Shown: positions 56,764 to 64,000 of the stretch, piece by piece
Position numbering within the stretch: the first letter of the stretch is position 1
Layout of the letters: every line of letters starts with the position of its first letter
DNA from: Eledone cirrhosa
Lineage: Eukaryota
DNA: 64,000 nucleotides
Direction: 5' to 3'
NCBI GenBank assembly: GCA_964016885.1
Contig: CAXHJY010001399.1
Span: forward strand, 62,001-126,000
Notes under the pieces: model-generated
What the model was told of the DNA's origin: nothing
Databases searched by the model: none
What the model saw: only the letters and a program-made list of their open reading frames with translations
Program-made: the position numbers and the translations under genes

Positions 56764-57582
56764 TCTGTATATATATAAAATGAAGTATGTGTGTGTGTGT
56801 GTCTGCGTGTCTGTGTATTACCTATAGGGGCCTACATCTTACGACCGATTTTCATGAAACTTTACAGGCTCATAGATTAGTCATCGGGAAGTGTTTTCTA
56901 TATACCAGCGTATCGTATTTTTCTTCCGGGCGTCACTCTGCAGATAAAAATCGATAGGGAGGGGGTCACCTTTTTTTAGGTATCGAAAAATAAGATTTTT
57001 GGCTCTAGCTCCCACATTTTGCCACCGATTTCGTTCAAATTTTAAAGCAAAAAAAAGTTATCATTGCACATCCTGTAATGGCTTTATATTTTGCATTTGT
57101 TGTTCGGGGACGGCGTGGCAGCCGCCTAAATATTCAAAAATACCACTTTTCGACTCAAATTTTCGGCTCTAGCACCCACATTAATCAACCTACTTTGTTC
57201 AAATTTTACACTACGCTAGATCTGATAATTTCACGTCTTAAAGTGGGTTTATATTTTGGATTTTTTGTTCAGGAACGGCGTGGCAGCCGCTTAAATATTC
57301 GAAAATATCACCTTTTCGCTAAAGTTTCCGCCTTTTCGGCTCTAGCTCCCACCTTTTTCAACCGATTTCGTTCAAATTCGAAACTTCGGCACCACCTCAC
57401 ACATAAATCAATTTATTTGGTTCAACTTTCATACTAAGATAGAACCTATCATTGCACATCTTATAGTAGCTTTACACTTTGCATTTTATGTTCAGGGACG
57501 GCGTGGCAGCCATTTAACTCTTCAAAATACGATTTTTTTCACTTCCCACATATTCCATACGATTTCACTCAACATTTCGCCT
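56764..57582 (+). mobile_element. Helitron-like non-autonomous element with diverged internal repeats
   Basis: TC..TATATATAAAA-(TG)n start like the other Helitrons here; repeated GGCTCTAGC.CCCAC and CGGCGTGGCAGCC blocks; no CTAG end seen. Confidence 0.45.
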
Positions 57583-57691
57583 TTATATATATATATATAT
57601 ATAAAGGATTATATATATATATATATAAAGGATTATATATATATATATATATATATATAGTTGAAAATTGCAAACTTATATATATATATAC

Positions 57692-57729
<38 letters not shown>

Positions 57730-57795
57730 TAATATATATATATATATATAATATATATAATATATATATATATATATAATATATATATATATATA

Positions 57796-57827
<32 letters not shown>

Positions 57828-58466
57828 ACTATAAGTGAAGGCGTGTGGCTGAGTGGTTAGAGAATTGGATTCGCAATCGTAAGGTTGTGAGTTCGATTCC
57901 TGGACCAGGCGATTCGTTATGTCCTTGAGCAAGACATTTAATTTCACGTTGCTCCTTCTACCTGGAGTTGCGACCGATAGATAGTATTAGCAGCTGGAAA
58001 GAACAACAGAAACATTGTCCCTCGGTCCGAGTTGACGAAAGTCGATCGTTCCTTTTATATATATATATATATAACAATATATATACATATATAACGATAT
58101 ATATATATAACAATATATATATATATATATATAAATCGAAAATGCAACTGGAGTCTTTTTAAGAATATTTATTTGGTTCCTTTACCGGTTTCGCAATATA
58201 GTAATAATAATAAATCTGAAGACTAAAATCCAAAGAGGGCTCGGTAAGGATAAATATATATCAAATATATAAGAACCGTAGAGCAAATATTTATTAAAAT
58301 AACAGATTAAAGTTTAAGCAAAGAATCGCTGCTTTCACCCTTAACGGGATCTTCTGATACTAACCAGCGATTCTTTGCCTAAACTTTAATCTGTTATTTT
58401 AATAAATATATATATATATATTGATTAAATCTTAACCATTTAACATCTCAGGATATGTCATGTATC

Positions 58467-58529
58467 ATTATATTTTGTCTGATGAGGACGTACTGTTGTA
58501 CATCCGAAATATGTATAATAAAATGTAAT
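58467..58529 (+). ncRNA. Type I HHR motif
   Basis: ATTATATTTTGT-CTGATGA-GGACGTAC.GTACATCC-GAAA-TATGTA-TA-ATAAAATGTAAT. Confidence 0.8.
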
Positions 58530-58564
58530 TGATCAAAAGAACATCTATTTTATTAATACTTATA

Positions 58565-58650
<86 letters not shown>

Positions 58651-58901
58651 ATACAATAACAGAGATAGTTTAAAGCTAAACTCTGACTGGTAATATATAT
58701 ATGAAGTTTCTGAATTTGTTTAGCAAGATTCTTTATCTGAAAACGTGTGTTGAAACCGATATTGTTATACTTTGGGAGGGTCATGTTGCCAATAAGAAAC
58801 ATACGCACCAGTTGCATTCACTTCAATTTATTATAATAAATTTATAAATTTAGGAATTTATAAATTTCCGATTGGTTGGTTGGTTCCACAACCAGATGGT
58901 T

Positions 58902-58967
<66 letters not shown>

Positions 58968-59090
58968 ATTAGGATTGGTGCTCTGAAATAGCGGTGTATA
59001 CATGAATATATGTATAGTATATTTGGCAATCGCTCTGTATAATCAGTTCCTGATTATTACTGGAATTCTATAAGAATCCAGCATCTATAA

Positions 59091-59181
59091 TTTTCAACAG
59101 GCAAAGGGGAGTGCTAAGCTCTGACGAATACCAACAGTGTGAAACATATCTGCCAGCTTTTCTCCCTTTGTTTGTTGAAAA
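59091..59181 (+). ncRNA. Type I HHR motif with long stem I and mutated cleavage triplet
   Basis: AAGCT-CTGACGA-ATAC.GTGT-GAAA-CATATCTG-CC-AGCTT; outer TTTTCAACAGGCAAAGGGGA pairs with TCTCCCTTTGTTTGTTGAAAA. Confidence 0.6.
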
Positions 59182-59338
59182 AAGAAATAAGTGACCTAGT
59201 CACTACTTTAAAATAATAGCGCATGGTCTTCAAAATGTTTTTAATTAAGGATACAGTATATTGCCAAATATACTGTACATATATTCATATATGTATATAT
59301 ATGTATATATGTAAGAAAAATCTTTGTCCGATTGAGTT

Positions 59339-59423
59339 TATCTCCTGATGATTTCCAACCTCGTTGATTTTTCCAAGATCGGATATATCCAAAAATGGAA
59401 TGAAACCACAGGAGGTAGAGATA
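59339..59423 (+). ncRNA. Type I HHR motif
   Basis: TATCTC-CTGATGA-TTTCCA...TGGAAT-GAAA-CC..GG-TA-GAGATA. Confidence 0.7.
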
Positions 59424-59715
59424 TTTTGATGATTTCGGTAGGTTTATGTACATTTTTTCTTCTAACTTTGATTTTGTACTTAATTGTGTATGGTTAACTA
59501 TATGTCTAGTCAATTTCTACAGGCTATCAGAAATACTAGGTAAATTTTGTGTAGCTGTGAGTCGCGGATAAAAAGCTATATCATTTATCTATTGTTTCTT
59601 CATAAGTATATTTTAAAATTATAGCCTCGTTTAAATGATTTTTTGTGTGGTTGATTTATGGTGATTGGGAGAAGAAATACTGTATATATTTTATCTAATG
59701 GTTCTATGGACTTAC

Positions 59716-60150
59716 TTTATATATATATATATATATTGTTATACTTTGGGAGGGTCATGTTGCCAATAAGAAACACACGCACCAGTTGCTTTCACTTCAA
59801 TTTATTATAATAAATTTATAAATTTAGGAATTTATAAATTTCCGATGGCGTAGGACAGAACAAAGGAGAGGCGCAAAAACAAAGAAAAGAATCCCCAGTC
59901 ACTGAAGAGGTCACAGAATGTGTGACGAAAGAACTTTGAATATATATTAGCAACCATCTGGTTGTGGAACCAACCAACCAACCGGAAATTTATAAATTCC
60001 TAAATTTATAAATTTATTATAATAAATTGAAGTGAAAGCAACTGGTGCGTGTGTTTCTTATTGGCAACATGACCCACCCAAAGTATAACAATATCGGTTT
60101 CAACACACGTTTTCAGATAAAGAATCTTGCTAAACAAATTCAGAAACGAA
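59716..60150. repeat. Inverted repeat with an HHR core in the spacer
   Basis: About 59714-59844 vs 59982-60095; related copy at 58705-58905; CTGAAGA-GGTCACA.TGTGAC-GAAA-GAAC-TT at 59902. Confidence 0.65.
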
Positions 60151-60190
<40 letters not shown>

Positions 60191-60197
60191 ACACACA

Positions 60198-60681
60198 TCT
60201 ATATATATAAAGTTGTAGTTCCTGTCTGTTTGTTTGTTGTTCACGAACACCTCCTATGGTTTTGCAGATAGACCACCATAACCATATATATTCTAGGGTA
60301 CTTAGATAAGTATATTTCATTTTAATCAAAGGGTTCCCGGAGGCACAAACCCCCACTGAAGATGTTTTCCCTTCGATTTATATGAAATTTAAACCATAGG
60401 TAAATGAGAGGATATGATGCCTATTCACAAAAGTTTTGAATTGATATTTTGAAAAAAATTATTTACAAGAAATAAAATAAGAATAAAATTTAATAACGTA
60501 ATTTTGATTTGATATATTACAAAAAATAATGTTTTCCAATTTTTCATGCATTACATTTTACATTGTGTAATATTGAAATGCAGAGTTTTTCTCCGTAAAT
60601 TATATCACTGATTTAAAATCAATCACCATTTTCTTACAAGAGCAATGTGTGAAACGCAGCAAGGCGCGGGTAATTCGGCTA

Positions 60682-60682
<1 letters not shown>
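60198..60682 (+). mobile_element. Non-autonomous Helitron
   Basis: A-TC start; GC-rich subterminal segment and CTAG-T end. Confidence 0.65.
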
Positions 60683-60730
<48 letters not shown>

Positions 60731-60733
<3 letters not shown>

Positions 60734-60993
60734 TATTTTCCGTTGTGTTGTAATATAAATATTACACACAGTAGATTATCAGCTCACGTAGAGTTTGCTC
60801 GACGGTTCCAGTTGTAGTTCCAAAAGTAATCCGGAGAAAAATAGAAAGATTTGAATGGATACAGTTTAGTTGAAAGGAATTTATTGACACGTGTTTCTAT
60901 AACAGTTACATAACCTATGTTTTAGGTTATGTAACTGTTATAGAAACACGTGTCAATAAATTCCTTTCAACTAAACTGTATCCATTCAAATCT

Positions 60994-60999
<6 letters not shown>
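60731..60999. repeat. Hairpin (77-bp arms) plus tail in (TA)n
   Basis: 60841-60917 / 60923-60999 with GAAA-CACGTG-TC; tail 60731-60840. Confidence 0.8.
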
Positions 61000-61038
<39 letters not shown>

Positions 61039-62315
61039 GTAAATACATATATATCTATATGTATATATCTATAGATGTATATATATATATAACGAGGGGG
61101 CAGCCATCATCATATATATATATATATGAAATATATATCATTTTTCACATTGTGGAGAGGTTAAACAGAGCTGAAAATAGAGTAATTTAATATAATTATC
61201 AAAACAAGGCTATGTAGCAATCATTCTGAAATAGATGTATATATATATATATGTATATGTATATATATATATGTGTATGTATGTGTATGTATCAATATAC
61301 ATGTATGTATATGTATGTGTATGTATGTACTTATACACATGTATGTACGTATGTATGTATATGTATGTATACGTATGTATGTATATGTATGTATGTATAT
61401 GCATTTATGTATACGTATGAATGTATATGTATGTGTATGTATATTTATGTATGTGTGTATATGTATGTATGTATACGTATGTATATATATGTATGTATGT
61501 ATACGTATGTATGTACATGTATGTATGTATGTATGTATATGTATGTATGTATATGTATGTGTGCATGTATATGTATATATATGTATATATAAGTATGTAT
61601 ATGCATGTATATGTATGTATGTTTAGCTACATGTATGTATGAATGTAATGTATATGTATGTATATACATATATATATATGTATATATATACGTATGTATA
61701 TATGCATGTATTTACACATATATATGTATATACATATATATATATATAAATATATGTATATATATGTATATATATATGTATATATACGTATGAATATATG
61801 CATGTATTTACACACATATATATATATATACATATATATATGTATATACATATATAAATAAAAAAATATGTATATATATGTATATATATATGTATATACA
61901 TATATATATATGTATATATATATATGTATATATATATCTATGTATATAAAATACAATATGTTGAAAAGGTAACACACTAGAGAGAGATAGTGCGCCATCC
62001 TTGGAACACATTATTGATAGGGAATAACGAGAGTCTATGACTCCGTTAATTTATATATGTATATATATATATGTATATACATATATATAAGAATATATGT
62101 ATATATATTTATATATATATATATTTATGTGTGTGCGTGTGCGTCTGTATGTATATTTATATGTATAAGTCTATATATGTATATATATATATATGCATAT
62201 ATACATGTATATATATGTATATATGTGTATTATTATCACCTAGAAACGATCGTATAGCACTGAAATATATTTCTAAAGACTTGAATTTTTATTTCATTCT
62301 TTTAACTTATATATG

Positions 62316-62375
<60 letters not shown>

Positions 62376-62524
62376 AATTACATACATATATGTATATATG
62401 TATATATACATATATGTATGTAATATATACATATATACATTTAACCTTAGATAGAAGTTATCCAAAGCTCTATATCAAATTAACAACCTATATATTCTCT
62501 CTCTATATATATATATATATAAAA

Positions 62525-62562
<38 letters not shown>

Positions 62563-63119
62563 CTATATATGTATATATATATATATTAACAACCTATATA
62601 TATATATATATATATATTAACTGTTTCTACTTTAGGCACAAGGCCAGCAATTACCCAGTGTATTACTGGTACTTTATTTTATCGACCCTGTAAGGATGAA
62701 AGGCAAAGTCAACCTCGGCGGGATTTGAACTCAGATCGTAAAGGGACGTAACTATGCTGGAAAGCATGGCTGCCGACACTCTACCGATACTGCCAATCCA
62801 CCGCCCTATATATATATATATATATATATTAACAACATATATATATATGTATATATTAACAACCTATATATATATATATATATATTGAAAAATCACTTTC
62901 GGAAATAATTTCTGAAGACGGCATATATATGAGTTGGTATGTATATTTAATTTTGATAGTTTGTATAATTTTGTACATAGATCTGTTAAATATGCATGCC
63001 AATTCTAACACATATATATCCCAGAAACGATCGTTAAATAATGAACTTTTTTTGTTTAATATAAGGAACTGTTTCATTGTTTTATTCATTATTTTTTTAA
63101 ATATTTTATATATATATAT

Positions 63120-63196
63120 ATATATTAACAACATATATATATATTAACAACCTATATATATATATATTAACAACCTATATATATATATATTAACAA

Positions 63197-63242
<46 letters not shown>

Positions 63243-63382
63243 GGTTGTTAATATATACTGTATATATATATATATATATATAGGTTAATATATACTGTAT
63301 ATATATATATATATATATATATAGGTTGTTAATATATACTGTATATATATATATATATATATATATAGGTTGTTAATATATA

Positions 63383-63414
<32 letters not shown>

Positions 63415-63428
63415 GTTGTTAATATATA

Positions 63429-63460
<32 letters not shown>

Positions 63461-63474
63461 GTTGTTAATATATA

Positions 63475-63506
<32 letters not shown>

Positions 63507-63580
63507 GTTGTTAATATATACTGTATATATATATATAACCTATATATATATATATATATATAGGTTGTTAATATATACTG

Positions 63581-63613
<33 letters not shown>

Positions 63614-63621
63614 AATATATA

Positions 63622-63682
<61 letters not shown>

Positions 63683-63712
63683 TAATATATACTGTATATA
63701 TATATATAACCT
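63120..63712. repeat. TA-interspersed minisatellite that switches orientation
   Basis: TTAACAACC(TA)n units, followed after about 63240 by (TA)nGGTTGTTAATATATACTG units. Confidence 0.85.
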
Positions 63713-64000
63713 ATATTTCCTACATCCGTTTCGATTAGTTTAGATAAGAAAATAATTAAGATCAGAATTATGATTAAAAAGTAAACATCTTGAAACAGTC
63801 AATATTTTGATGTCTTACGCGGATATCTCCGCCTTATAATGCAGGTCGTATATATAGACACACACACACACATACATAGACCCAGGCACAAGCACACACA
63901 CAAACATACACATAGATACACACACATACACACAGATACACACAGACACATACATACACTCACATACACATACAGACACACACACATACACACAGACACA

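Overview
Eukaryotic, very AT- and microsatellite-rich, repeat-dominated DNA. The tRNA-derived SINEs resemble octopus OK/OR-type families from recall, so an octopod cephalopod is likely (inference). No host protein-coding gene can be supported; nearly all ORF-track entries are microsatellite translations. Recognisable content: two 5'-truncated R4/Dong-like RLE retrotransposons, CR1-, CRE- and RTE-like 3' fragments, a non-autonomous RTE-like repeat in (TATG)n, several Helitron-like elements, two Mutator-like MITEs with 9-bp TSDs (one inflated by a 3.5-kb satellite), many SINEs and minisatellites. The most striking signal is about 30 minimal type I hammerhead-ribozyme (HHR) motifs from many sequence families, found by eye. 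They lie in short non-coding elements mostly embedded in (TA)n tracts and are often arranged as long fold-back palindromes with a one-sided tail, or as a partial tandem. This matches Penelope-like element (PLE) pLTR or retrozyme architecture and includes unusual core variants (UUGAUAA, CAGAAGA) and very long stem II inserts. Ribozyme activity and family assignments were not tested.
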